NCBI RefSeq assembly: GCF_004010195.1
Contig: NC_057718.1
Span: forward strand, 51,840,373 to 51,904,372
Direction of reading: 5' to 3'
DNA from: Chiloscyllium plagiosum
Lineage: Eukaryota
Length of the DNA: 64,000 nucleotides
A model generated the notes under the pieces. That model was not told the DNA's origin, did not search any database, and saw only the letters and a list, made by a program, of their open reading frames with translations. A program made the position numbers and the translations under genes. Of the stretch, positions 1-12,451 are shown piece by piece (within the stretch, counting starts at the first letter, position 1; each line of letters starts with the position of its first letter).

Positions 1-504
1 AACAGATTATTTTTTTATAATTCTGTACAAGAACTATAAGCAGCACCAACGGCATTGTTGATGTACAGGACAAATAGTTGAGGGGCTTGAGTAAGATTGG
101 AATTTTCCACACACCTCACAAAAAGCCCCCTTTTTGTGGGGTGTATGGACTCATGAGGTAAACACAGCCACATTTTTCAATGGGGAATGCAGACAAGTGA
201 AAAGGAGGAAGTGCCAGGCAAAGGAGAGTGGTGGTGAATGCAGATTGTTCAGAGCTCCTTTCAAAGAGAAACCAGAAAGCTTCAGATCATCCTGATGTGG
301 AATTGACATGTAGAGGGTTTGCACCTCCCTGTGAAAAGGAGCGGGTTTGCACCTCCCCGTGAAAAGGAGAGGGCTAGGGCCATGGAAATGGAAATGATTG
401 AGCTGATGTAATGCTAAAGAGGAATCACAAATGAAAGTAGGAAGAGATTGAAGAACAGAGGAGAAGTAATGTCAATACAGGAAGAAATAGGTTCAGTGGA
501 ACTC

Positions 505-625
505 AATTCTGAAGAAGGGTCACTTGACCTGAAACACTGACTCTGCTTTCTCTCCACAGATGCTGCCAGACCTGCTGGGTTTCTCTAGCCATGACAGTTT
601 TTGTTTCAGATTTGCAGCTTCTGCA
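505..625 (+). mobile_element. Penelope-like element 3' terminal fragment with a degenerate hammerhead core
   Basis: CTGAAGA-agggtcacttgacct-GAAAC at 509-535, followed by the gatgctgccagacctgctg tail shared with other PLE ends in the window. Confidence 0.6.
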
Positions 626-1589
626 CTCCTTTGTTTTTAGTATAGGAACCTGAGGCATGTCATACGTCACAGCGATACCTATAATCTTGGGTGGATTCGA
701 AACATAAAGGATTGAACTTCGATTGAAATCCATGTGGGGTAAGACAGTCACCAAGATGAGGCTTGGAAATGAGTTTTGGAAACTCTTTTATCAAACTCTT
801 TTATCAATCAGTCAGAGTTTGATTGCAGAAAGTAATCAAGGTGAATAGGCCAGGTAAGGTCCCTTTGAATGAGGAACCCACAGTGGCCCAGGGTTGCTTT
901 ATGGGCTTCCTGTATGGCAACTCACTGATTGACCAATTGTGCTGCAATTGCCATCCATCAGGAAAGCAAAATTCAAGCTCAGATATAATCAGGAAGCGGT
1001 CAGAGGGCATTAAATTCCAGAGAGCACGTGGTTTCAAGGTAGCCAGAACTTTGGTTAATGAAGATCATGTCCATTATTGGATGTACTTTGTAATCACAGA
1101 GTTTCCCAGCCTGTTCCTAATCTGATAATCTTGCTTACACCTCTATTTAGGATAAACGATGTATGGCAGCAAAGGTCATGATTTTGAAGACATTAATTAG
1201 ATTGCAAAGTATTGCCCTATCTGATTGGTTTCTATGGAACCACTGCTGCAATGTCTCTTTGGGATTTCTGGCACTCGTGTATGTGGTTGCACGGTTAAGC
1301 TGCTAATTGGGGATGCATTAGCATATTTATTCATCAAGATTCCATCATGGTATCCTAGACAATATACATGGTCTTTTCATGATCTCCAAAACAACATAAG
1401 CAGTGCAAATTACTTCCAATTGAAACTATTTAATAAAGTGAATATTTCCAGCACTATGATGGAGTCTTTATAGGCAGGGCTTAGGAAAATAAGGGAAAGG
1501 CATGCTGGGATGGCTCCCTTCTGTTGGTTCATTTCCTAGGGATGGCTTAGGAAGTGGATTGGCTCCCTGCTCCATGACTGTGGGAGTAG

Positions 1590-3830
1590 ATAGAGCGTGG
1601 AGCTGGAAAAAACACAATAGGTCAGGCAGCATCTGAGGAGGAGGACCATCAATGTTTCGGGCAGGACCCTTCTTCAGACTGGGGAGGGGGAAGAGGGCTG
1701 AGAAATAAATAGAGGGAGGGGACTGGGGCTGGGGAAAGGTAAATGCAATGGTGATAGGTGGATGCAGGTAGGAGGTGATAGTGATAGGTCGGTAGGAATG
1801 GTGAGAAGGAAGGTAGAGAGGTAGGTCAGGTCAAGGGTGCAGCCGAGTCAGAGGGTTGGATCTGGGATGGAGTGGGGGAGGGGAGATTTGGAAACTGGTG
1901 AATTCATTGTGGAGACCAAATAGTTGGAGGATCCTGAGGCGGAAGATGAGGTGTTCCTCCGTCAGTTTGTGGGTTACCTTGTTAAGGTGGTGCAGGAGGC
2001 GCAGAATGGACATGTCATCGAGGGAGTGGGGAAGGGGAGTTGAAATGCATGGCACCAGAAGGTGGGGTTGATTGCTGACCACAGTGTTCCCCTGAACAGT
2101 TCCACAAGTTTGCACTTAGTCTCTCCGATGTAGTAGAGACCACAATTAGAGCAGTTAATAAGGTTCAAGGATATGCCCATATATCTTTGCTGGATTCGGA
2201 ATGATACGTTGGGGTCTTGGACGGGTGGGGGTGGGTATTTGTAGGCAGAGGTTTTGTATTTCTTACAGCAGCAGGGAAAGTTGCCAGGTGTGGAGCCAAG
2301 AAGGGAGTCACGGAGGGAACAGTCCCTGCAGAATGCAGCTAGGTGGTGGGGTTTGACTGTAGGTGGTGAAAATGGCAGAAGATGATGCACTGGATTTGGA
2401 GATTGGTGGGGTGTAATGTGAGGACTGGGGATTCTATCGTTGTTGTAGTTGGGGTGGGTTGCGTTTGAGGACAGAGGTGCAGGAAATGGAGGAGATGCAA
2501 TTAAGGACATTGTTGATCATGGGGGAGGGGAAACTACAGAGCTGGAAGTAGGGGGGACATCTGGGATGTCCTGGAGTGGAACTGCTCATCCTGGGAGCAG
2601 ATATGGTGGAGGCAAAGGAATTGGGAGTAAGTGATCATGTTTTTACAAGACAGGGCGCAGTCAAGATAACTGTGGGAGTCTGTGGATTTGAAGTAGATGT
2701 CAGAGTCAGTCGCTAGAGACTGAGACATAGACGGAGAGGTCCAGGAAAGGGAGGGAGGTTTCTGAGGTGATCCAGGTGAACTTGAGGTCAGGCTGGAAGG
2801 TGTTGGTGAAGTGGATAAACTGTTCAAGCTCCTCATATGAGCACGAAGCAGCACCAATACTGTCATCAATGTAGCAGAGGAAAAGGTCGGGGATGTTGCA
2901 AGTGTAGCTGTGGAAGATGGACTGTTCCACATACCATACAAAGAGGCAAGCATAGCTGGGACCCATGTGGGTACCCCAATCAGTTCTCTGGTTTGTGGGA
3001 AGTGGGAGGATTCAAAGGAGAAGTTTTTGGGGATGAGGACTAGTTCTGCCAAGTGAATGAGTGTGTCAGTGGAGAGGGACTAGTTAGGTTGGCAGGAGAG
3101 GAAGAAATGGAGGGCTATTAGGCTTTCGCTTTGGGGGATCGAGGTGCATAGGGAATGACTTCCATGGTGAATATGACGTGTTGAGTGCCGGGGAATTGAA
3201 TGTCATGGAGGAGGTGGAGGATGTGGGTGGTGTTTTAAATATATGTGGGGAGTTCTTGGACATAAGGGGGACAGGATTGTGTTGAGATATGAGGAGATAA
3301 GTTTGATGGGGCAGGAGCAGGTGGAGACAATCGGTCAACCAGAGCAGTCAGGTTTGTGTATTTTGGGTAAGAGAAAGAACCGGGCGGTGCGAGGTTGGGG
3401 AACAATGAGGTTGGAGGCTGTGGATGAGAGATATCCTGAAGTGATGAAGTTGTGGATGATTGAGGAGATGACAGTTTGGTATGGGAGGTGGGATCATGGT
3501 CAAGGGGGCAGTAGGAGGAGGTATCTGTGAGTTGGCGCCCATCTTCAGCGATATAGAGGTCAGTTCGCCATACTACCATTGTCCCCTCCCCTTGTCTTCT
3601 GGTTCGATGGTGAGGTTGGGGTTGGACCGGAAAGAGTGGAGAGCTGTGCATTGCGAGTGCAGGAGGTTAGGGTAGATGAGAGGAGTGGAGAGATTGAGGT
3701 GGTTGATGTCACGACGGCAATTGAAGATGAAAAGGTCGAGGGAGAGTAAGAGGCTAGCAAGGGGTGTCCAAGAAGATGGAGTTTGTTGGAGGCAGGAGAA
3801 CGGATCTTCAGAATGAGGGTGGGAGTCACA
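1590..3830 (-). mobile_element. Penelope-like retroelement, decayed RT plus GIY-YIG endonuclease
   Basis: Minus ORFs give MGPSYACLF...CYIDD (RT), DIYFKSTDSHSYLD and CSNCGLYYIGETKCKL (GIY-YIG), broken by frameshifts. The 3' end carries a hammerhead-like core at 1650-1680 (-). Confidence 0.9.
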
Positions 3831-5570
3831 ATCAATAAAGTCATGGTATGGAATTCATTCACATGGATGTGAGCACCAGTTAGTCTAGAAAATGCCCTAA
3901 ATGGGGTTATTTTTCAACCTGGTTGGCATGTTATTGGTATCAGCTCACAGCCAAATGGGAGGTCACCTATTCAAAAAGGTGGCCACCCTGTGGCAGCTAG
4001 TGGGGCATCAGGGTTAGAGGCTCTACCACAAAGAGTGAAATGCCGACAGAAAAGCACATATTGCAGCCAGATCCAGCCCAATGGAAAGTTTTCTTCTCTA
4101 TCCATGTCTACCAATTGGCCTGGTTCCTTTAATTTTGCTTATTGCCATCCAGGGGGGTGATCAGAGGCCAAGGAAGTGAACACTCAATGTGGAAGGTGAA
4201 GAGTGAGAGGTGCAAGTTGATGGACGTGGAGGTCACAGTCAACAGTCAAATGATGGAGGGTGCCTACTCAGAAAGCGTTGAGGAGCCAAGGAATCAGGGA
4301 AAGTTGAAAGAAGACAGAAATTGCAGGACAGTCGGAAATGTTGGAGGCGAGTGAGTTTAAGAGGAGAGAGTGGGGAATTCAGAAATCCAGGGCTAAACAA
4401 TGAATGAACAAAGTGGGGGAGATGGAGTTTGGTGGCTGGGAAATTGGAGGTGGTGGGATAGAGTGATGGGTGGCTCGAGTCAGAGAACATGGGGGGGGGG
4501 GGGAGTCAGAGATAGGTTTCAGCACTGAGTGGTCATGAAAGGAGAAGTTGAAACTCTGGGGGATGATTGAGAGTGGGAAAAATGCAGATTAATCACAAAG
4601 TGAGTAAAGACTCAAAAATAGATTGATACATTGCTGAACACATTGGGCTACCAAGGCATCACACATTGCTTTCAAAGCTGGGGAATGTGACCACAAAGCT
4701 TTTTCGTAGAACAGATAATGACACTCTGAAAAAATGTCTTCCTTTTGCCATGTCATTGGCAAACAATCACAATCCACTCCTCTCAATTGTTGCTCCATAG
4801 CCATTCACAACTCCCATCCCACTAAACAACACTCTTGAGGACTGAACCTGGCATCAGTATGGCCTATTTTCTTGTCCCGATAATTGGTGAGCTGCTTCTT
4901 TGGCTGCAAATGACTCCTTCTTAATGAGGCTGAACAATTTGCTGTAACATGTCATTGATCTCATTATATTGGATTGTGCCTTAATTCAGTCACGATTTAA
5001 CTTCATGACCTTAAATTTTATTTTCTGCAAAGCTACGGAGGGCTGATAGTTTTTTTTTGTGAAGTCAGTTACGATCTGTTTGAGGAATACTGCACAAACA
5101 AAAAACAAAGCTCAGATTGATCCATTCAACTCTGAAGCAAACTCTTCCTTTATGCTTTTATAATTCTACATTTATTTTTCATTTGGAGAAACAATAATTT
5201 GATATTTTCACTGACGGACCAAATGGCCTATGTGAGAATAGTTTAATCTAAACATTACTGCTTACACAGTCTTCTCTGGGAATGAGTCTTGAATATTTCA
5301 AGATTTATATCCTTTCCATTGTGAAATTAGGGAAACCATCTTAACACATAATAGTTCAATTTTGATCTATTCCATTGGATCTTTTCACAATCCAGTATGG
5401 ACAACATTTATACTGGTACACCACATGTCAGCTTAATATCTTTTGCAGTTTAAATAAAAATTTAAAAGCTTGTAGGCACTGAATTTTGAAGTTCACAAAT
5501 GCAAGCTGTTATGAAAATAGTAAAGGATTTTTTGTAATCACGTAGCTCAGCAATTTTCCCTCAAAAATTT

Positions 5571-6076
5571 GAGGAAAGACATTCTGGCTATTGAGGGAGT
5601 GCAGCGGAGGTTCACGAGGTCAATTCCTGGAATGGCGGGACTACCTTACACTGAAAGACTGGAGTGACTGAGCTTGTATACCCTTGAGTTTAGAAGACGG
5701 AGAGGGGATCTGATTGAGACATATAAGATTATTAAAGGATTGGACACTCTGGAGGCAGGAAACATATTTCCGCTGATGGGTGAGTGCCAAACCAGAGGAC
5801 ACAGCTTAAAAATACGGGGTAGACCATTTAGGACAGAGATGAGGAGAAACTTCTTCACCCAGAGAGTGGTGGCTGTGTGGAATGCTCTGCCCCAGTGGGC
5901 AGTGGAGGCCTAGTCTCTGGATTCATTTAAGAAAGAGTTGGATAGAGCTATCAAGGGTTATGGAGATAAGGCAGGAACAGGATACTGATTAAGGATGATC
6001 AGCCATGATCATATTGAATGGTGGTGCAGGCTCGAAGGGCAGAATGGCCTATTCCTGCACCTATTGTCTATTGTCT
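5571..6076 (+). mobile_element. CR1 LINE 3' fragment (ORF2 C-terminus plus 3' UTR)
   Basis: LEFRRRRGDLIETYKII...TRGHSLKI...FFTQRVVAVWNALP, ending in a short tandem tail (ctattgtctattgtct). Confidence 0.92.
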
Positions 6077-6312
6077 TAAGTATTCTTGCAAGCCTGTGAC
6101 AAAACATAAACATTTGTAATAATTCTGAACATACACTGGAAAAACAATACAATGGCTCATAAATCCAGAAATAAATATTCTTTACTGAAAGGTTTTTTTT
6201 TGGTTGTCAGTGTCTTTGTATTTGAATGTACATTTCTATTAATAATATGGCAGATTGGCACAAAATTGAGGCATTATTTGAAAATGTATATATATGTATA
6301 ACTGTACAGACT

Positions 6313-6490
6313 AGGTAAAAACAATGACTGCAGATGCTGGAAACCAGATTCTGGATTAGTGGTGCTGGAAGAGCACAGCAGTTCAGGCAGCATCCAAGGA
6401 GCTTCGAAATCGACGTTTCGGGCAAAAGCCCTTCATCAGCTCCTTGGATGCTGCCTGAACTGCTGTGCTCTTCCAGCACCACTAATCCAG
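6313..6490. mobile_element. Hairpin PLE-derived mini-element with a 15-bp TSD
   Basis: Perfect 54-bp inverted arms at 6350-6403 and 6438-6491. ATAACTGTACAGACT is duplicated at 6298-6312 and 6491-6505. Confidence 0.88.
6404..6443 (-). ncRNA. Minimal type I hammerhead ribozyme motif (PLE-associated)
   Basis: Minus strand reads CTGATGA-aGGGC-tttt-GCCC-GAAAC-GTC: intact core boxes, 4-bp stem II and palindromic ACGT stem III. Confidence 0.7.
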
Positions 6491-7348
6491 ATAACTGTAC
6501 AGACTGCACAGTTAGATGAACAAATTAGAGTACTGTTTAGTTTTACAACCTTATTTTAAATTGTACGTAAGTAGCATTATTAAGTATTGCCCCCAGATAT
6601 GTTGTCCACCTGCACCATTTCCAGTGCTCGCAATATATTTCACAAGAGCCAGCAGGTGCCTATCACTTTGCAACTTGGAGACTCGTCATCATTAGATCTG
6701 GACAATGAATGTCAGAAGATTATCGACTGTGGGAGAGAGATGGAGAGAATGATACATCATTGCCAAATCAAATTCAGTAAGCAGCTGACAAACACTTCCC
6801 AGCAGGGGTCCCTGGACAGTGGATCAGGATAGTGAACAAGCTTCTTAGTTGTTTCATCCTTCTTTTTTGCGTGGGAACTCTAAAGCAGAATGGAATGTAT
6901 CTATAACTGACATAGCTGTGATTAGTTAAGTCACAAATGATCAAACAGTGAAATTTTGATCTTCAAATTCAACTGTTAGCTAGTTCCAAAAATTCAAAAA
7001 CAAAAGTTATCTGAGGCACCAGTTGGTGAAGCCCTACAAGGTAAAATGCTACTCCATAGGTTAATGGCTATAATTCTGCTTCAGGTTAGCTTTCAACCTC
7101 AGTTATATCAATGTGTGGAGGCATCAATGAGAGTTTTGAAACTATCACATAGGAGAATACCTATCACATAGGTAATACAGCTGTCTTACCTTTTGTGACC
7201 AGCTTACACTGGTTTACTTAGAGGGAAGAAGAATATAAATTTTGGTGCTTCTACCTTGTGACTGTGATGGCAGGATAGAGCAAAGCACCTCCCTTGATAC
7301 TGGTTGCCTTTGTGCTCAACAGTGAGCTGTGCAGCCTTGAACAAATAG

Positions 7349-7532
7349 GAGGGCAAAAGTGAGGACTGCAGATGCTGGAAACCAGAGTTTAGATCAGAGT
7401 GGTGCTGGAAAAGCACAGCAGGTCAGGTTCTCTATTCCTGATGAAGGGCTTTTGCCCAAAACGTCGATTTTCCAGCTCCTCGGATGCTGCCTAACCTGCT
7501 GTGCTTTTCCAGCACCACTCTGATCTAAACTC
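7349..7532. mobile_element. Hairpin PLE-derived mini-element with a mutated hammerhead
   Basis: 44-bp inverted arms at 7384-7427 and 7490-7533 (1 mismatch). CTGATGA-agggcttttgccc-AAAAC-GTC at 7438-7465. Imperfect TSD ttgaacaaatag / ttgtccaaatag. Confidence 0.85.
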
Positions 7533-7689
7533 TTGTCCAAATAGCAGTCAGGTTGCTGTTCTTAAAGTCAATGTTCCCTCCTAAAGGAAACAAACAACAT
7601 TGCTGCAATGTGACTATGGAACATCAGTGCAGACAGTGGATTCCAGGATGACAGCTGAATACTGGAGAAGGGGAGGTGAACAGGAGGGG

Positions 7690-9110
7690 GACATCATGGT
7701 TACAGAGGGGGTGCTGGAAGCCCTGAAAGACCACTGTCAGGAGAATGTAGCAGCAGTTAACAAGAGAGCTGTTTGTAATGTCTGGACTTATGGATCTGGC
7801 AGCTGTGTCACAACTCTAAAGATCTGACTTGGGTGATCAAAGTCAGAAAATGCATTTTTTAATAAGATCTCTGCCCATTGTAGTCCAACACAAAACTCCT
7901 CAAAACACTGGGAAAACAACATTATGACTCACAAATCCAGAGGTAAATATTCTTGACTGAAAGGTTTTTTGTTTTCATTCTCTTTGTATTTGAATGTACA
8001 TTTCTATTAATAATATGGCTCATCAGCTAATCAACATCACTCCCTTCACTCATGATGTATGCCGAAGGTCTATGTACTTCATACAGCATTCATACACATA
8101 CTAGCCTCATACTACCTCTCGCTGGTTACATATATGTTCAGTTACTCAGTATGATAGACATATCGCTCAAGAACAGCGTTATATGATCAGTGACACCCTC
8201 TCTTCTCTCATGCTGGACAAGCATGTGAACAATAGAAGGGAGCGTGCAGAATATATGGTGACAAAGATGCTACATTTGACAATTCTAATCGCGGAACTAT
8301 CTCTGTGCATCATGGCAACTTAGAGGCATGTTGGAGGCTATTACAGAGCAAGATTTAGAACACGCTGAGACACTAAATATAAGTGGTCTGCAGACAGGTT
8401 AGAGTGTAATGGATGATTCATTTCGAGTGAGTTTGCAGGTGACTTTTGTAGAGAGGATTCACATCAGGATGTTGACTGGGTGGCAAACAAAAGTGTATTT
8501 CTGGGCATGCACCTGGTGATGCAGGGTGCATTGGCTTGCCTACAGAGAGTTTCCTGTCACTGTTTGGGAAAGGAGCTCAGCGGAGTCTAGTTCCAATTTG
8601 ACAGAGGACAACATGCAGAGCCTGCCATCTCTGCCTATTGCACATACATCTGGATAGATCAGCTCATCGGCCACTCTCTTTGTGAGGGTGCAGCTCTACT
8701 CTCCTACAAGTCCAGAAACTCTCCCAAATGCCACTCAGAATGCTTCAGAGTACTTCCAGATATTTAACTGGAGCCGGAGATTTTAAAAATTGGATTAACA
8801 GAAAATTGGGTGCCTGGCCTTTCAATAATTCAGGTGCCGGAGTCAAGTTACAGCTCAGCACTTGCTCTGGAAAGTGATGTGGAAATTCATTGTATGTATC
8901 TGCGTGGTGCAGCTGAGGTATTATGGAATCAGACCAGCAGGCTTTCCAGAGCAAGCTTTGGATGCTCATCTGGCTCCCTTCTCAAATGTACATGTCACAT
9001 GGGGCATGCCGCTAACTGCTGGACATATGAGCAGCCTTTCTTCATGCCACTGTAGGTATGCTACGGAGATGAAATGCATGCCATCTGGGCCCCCTTCTCA
9101 TGATTCTGGT
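7690..9110. mobile_element. Very decayed Harbinger-like DNA transposon (Myb/SANT remnant on +, transposase C-terminal remnant on -)
   Basis: VLEAL...NSKDLTWVIKV resembles the Myb/SANT end KFNDLTRVVKV. The minus ORF YNEFPHH...LLKGQ weakly resembles YN.AH..TR..IE...GLLK.RF. Confidence 0.35.
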
Positions 9111-10866
9111 TGACTGGTTCCAAAGCGCAATGATTTGATGGCAGTCTTTGAGGAGACAATCTGCCAGCTCTCTCTCTCTCTGGGCAAAAAATGATAATAA
9201 TAATGAGGGGTTAAAGGAACTACCGTGACAAGGTTTACCATTATGAAATACTGAACATTTAATTGAACTGATAGCTGTCACACAATATCAATTCAGTGAA
9301 TTTAAAATATTAATGAGTTGACATCATACTGTAGTGTTCAGTTTTTAAAGAATATTTTCAGCCATTCTTCATTTACTGGAAACAGAATATTTAAATGTGC
9401 TTGTGAATCCATGACAGTCAAGAATAGAATAGTAAAATCAAAATTTAAAATGTAATAGACAACACAATTAACACCTGCATACCATACATACCAGACTTCA
9501 ATGGCATATCTTAACATGCATTCTGCAACCAATGTTTATGTCTTAAACAGATGGCTGGGAGTTCAAATCCCAAGTCTGATTGTCATTTCAATCTGTCAAG
9601 TGGGATAAATTTTGTTACTTCACAGCCAGTTTCCCAGTAGGAGTGCCTATCACAGGGAAGGAAAATCTCTCACTGTCTGTCTCACCCTGTTTATAAAGGA
9701 TATGCCATCTGTTTGCTGGTTTTATGGAAGTGTGGTTAGTGGGCACAAAGCAAGAAGGAGCTCATAACACATAGCTTCTGAATTATTTAAGAGGGGGTTA
9801 CTGGCAAGGTAATGACCTACAGAAAAACACATGAACATATGCAACTTTTATTGCTTTAAATCATAATTTTGCAAGTATCTTTTCTATGCATTTTCTTGAT
9901 CATATTCATAGTAGCTCATAGATATGTTTGGGCTAATTTCAGTGGCTGAAATCAAGATTGGCAAGAAGCAGACACAGCTGCAACATCAGTTGCTCAAAGG
10001 TATAAGCGTTACACCCAGCCAAGCTCCTGAGTTCAGTCTACTTAGTATATTGTGGATGAATTGCAGACACGATTTATGCTTATATTGCATCTCAGGAAAT
10101 AGCGACAGGTTGACCATCACCTTCTCAGGGCCAAATGGAGATGGGCAATGAATGCAAATCTTGCCAGTGATGCCCACAGCCCATGAATGAATAAAACTAA
10201 AGCAAGTGTTACTGCAGGTTTGACAGTTCTAAATAATAAAATAATGACTGGATTTTTGCGGCTGAAATGGGAGATGAACATGATCAAATTTAGGTGTTTA
10301 CGTATAACAATCGCACTCAAAGCAATGTATCATTATTTAACGATACATTTAGAAAAGGGATGCTGAAGAAGAAAATTTTCTTCTCTGCAGTTGACTGCTG
10401 AACAAGGCACTTAACAGGAAGCTGCCACTCCAAAGATTATCTATAATATGCTCCAATGGCCTGTCCGGAGCAGCACACAACATTGAATGATTTCATTAGA
10501 TACGCTAAGGTACAAGCATCCACCCACATCAGTGAGTGTGGAGAAACAACATACCAAAGGGAGAATGAACCAAATCCTTAACTAATGGATCAGATCAATT
10601 TTCTGTAATCCTGCCACATCCAGTTCTGAATAGTGTTGGATAACTGACCAGCTAATGGAGGGATTAGTCTCCCAAAGATCCAAATCCTCATTGATTGCAG
10701 ACCTCAATATGTGAATGCAAAAGACCAGGATGAAATGTTTTCACTACCTTCAGACAGAAATGCAAGTGCTTGTTCTGTCTCAGGAACTTCCTGCTATGAC
10801 AAAAGCCAGCCTTCAAACAATGAGATTCATTCCACGTGATATCATGAAATAGTTGACTGAACTGGA

Positions 10867-11245
10867 TACAGAAAAAGCTCCAGATATAGTAGGGAAGACC
10901 TGTGCACTAGAACTGGTGGTATCTCTAAGTCATGCTGCTCGAGAATAGTTAGGTACTGCTACCTATTGATTTCATTAGTAAGTAGAAAATACAGAAAAAG
11001 CTCCAGATACAGTGGTGAAGACCTGCGCACTAGAATTACTGGTATCTCTAAGTCATGCTGTTCCAGAATAGTTAGGTACTGCTATCTAATGATTTCATTC
11101 GGGCTAATGCCCGAAACGTCGATTCTCCTGTTCCCTAGATGCTGCCTGACCTGCTGCGCTTTTCCAGCAACACATTTCCATCTCTGATCTCCAGCATCTG
11201 CAGACCTCACTTTCTCCTTAATGATTTCATTAGTCAGTAGAAAAT
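10867..11245 (+). repeat. About 122-bp diverged tandem duplication, second unit interrupted by a PLE tail
   Basis: atacagaaaaagctccagata...gatttcattagt occurs twice. Confidence 0.85.
11100..11218 (+). mobile_element. 5'-truncated PLE 3' end with a 13-bp TSD
   Basis: gggctaatgcccGAAACGTC...ccagcatctgcagacctcactttctcc, flanked by TAATGATTTCATT at 11087-11099 and 11219-11231. Confidence 0.88.
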
Positions 11246-11275
11246 TGTCCAGGAATGTTCCATATACAAATAGTA

Positions 11276-11535
11276 GTAAGAATTCCATTCTGATAATTAC
11301 AAGATCAGCAATATGCTATCAAGCATTATCAAAATGACATGAGGTATCATTGACAGCAATCACATGGTACTTCGTTAGCAATAGCCAATTCACTGAACAT
11401 GGTTGTAAGAATTCCATTCTGATAATTACAAGATCAGCAATATGCTATCAAGCATTATCAAAATGACATGAGGTATCATTGACAGCACTATCACATGGTA
11501 CTTCGTTAGCAATAGCCAATTCACTGAACATGGTT
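11276..11535 (+). repeat. Near-identical tandem duplication (129 bp + 131 bp)
   Basis: Units 11276-11404 and 11405-11535 differ by a 2-nt indel (gacagca-atcac vs gacagcactatcac). Confidence 0.92.
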
Positions 11536-12289
11536 TCCATCAGTACCACTTGGATGTGATGTTACTACAGCCTTGATACAATTATGGATTGAAGACTTGA
11601 AATCCAGAAATGAGACTAAGATGACCACCTCTGATGTCAACAGCAGGATTTGGCCAAGTGTGGCATCAAAAAACCCACGCAAAATTTTAGTCAACAGTAT
11701 TAAGGAAAAAACTCCTCTCTGCAAGCAGAAGTTATATCAAGCGCATCAGAAAATGATTGCATACATTGGAGGACCACATCTAATGGGGGAGAACAATGAG
11801 AGATCCTACCTTCTGGAGTCTGAGCTGAAAAGATTGTAAGGTTGTACATGGTGTCACATTTGTGTGGGCAGTGAAAGGAATGCATGTATTCTGATGAGAT
11901 AGACATTTTTGGACCTGTTACGGCATGTAAATTCTATAATTCATACCAACTGCAATCTGTTTGTTAATTTATGTTCAATATATGAGAATGGTGATTTATG
12001 ACAAATTAAAAAATACAGAAATTGACTTTTGTCATTTGAGGTTCATTGAGTACATTAAATTATTTTGGTTTAAGGCTTCTCATGGAGATTGTAAACAAAG
12101 GTCAGAATTGGGGATTTTTGTTCAGGATTAAAGAGCGTTTAGGACCATTCATGACTGCTCAGATCCTGAAGTAGTCCTTGTCTATGTCCAGTAAGATCTC
12201 AGCAATATACAGACTTGGACTGACAAATGACAAGTAACTTACATGCCAGTCAAGTGCAAGAGAATGACCATTTTCAACAAGAGAGAGTT

Positions 12290-12451
12290 GTCCTTGTGGT
12301 GTAATCTGTATGCCTTACTCTGTCCAAGTTCTTTTCACCCTATGATCTGTATGCTCTTGCTTATTATTATCTGCCTGTACTGCTCACAAGCAAAACTTTT
12401 CACTGTACTTAGGTCCATGTGGTAATAAATCAGATTGAATCAAATCAAATC
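12290..12451 (+). mobile_element. Rex1/Babar-type LINE 3' end
   Basis: cttttcactgtacttaggtccatgtggtaataaa followed by a (tcaaa)n-like tail. Confidence 0.5.

Noticed and set aside
314..370. 27-bp tandem repeat (gggtttgcacctccc.gtgaaaaggag x2)
   Set aside because: An ordinary slippage duplication within decayed repeat DNA.
6587..6832. 81-aa + ORF, and a strong minus-strand acceptor near 6726
   Set aside because: No homology; all minus frames after the acceptor stop within 12 codons.
10867..11535. CRISPR-like or satellite array
   Set aside because: Only two-unit duplications of LINE sequence, with no repeat-spacer structure, in a eukaryotic context.
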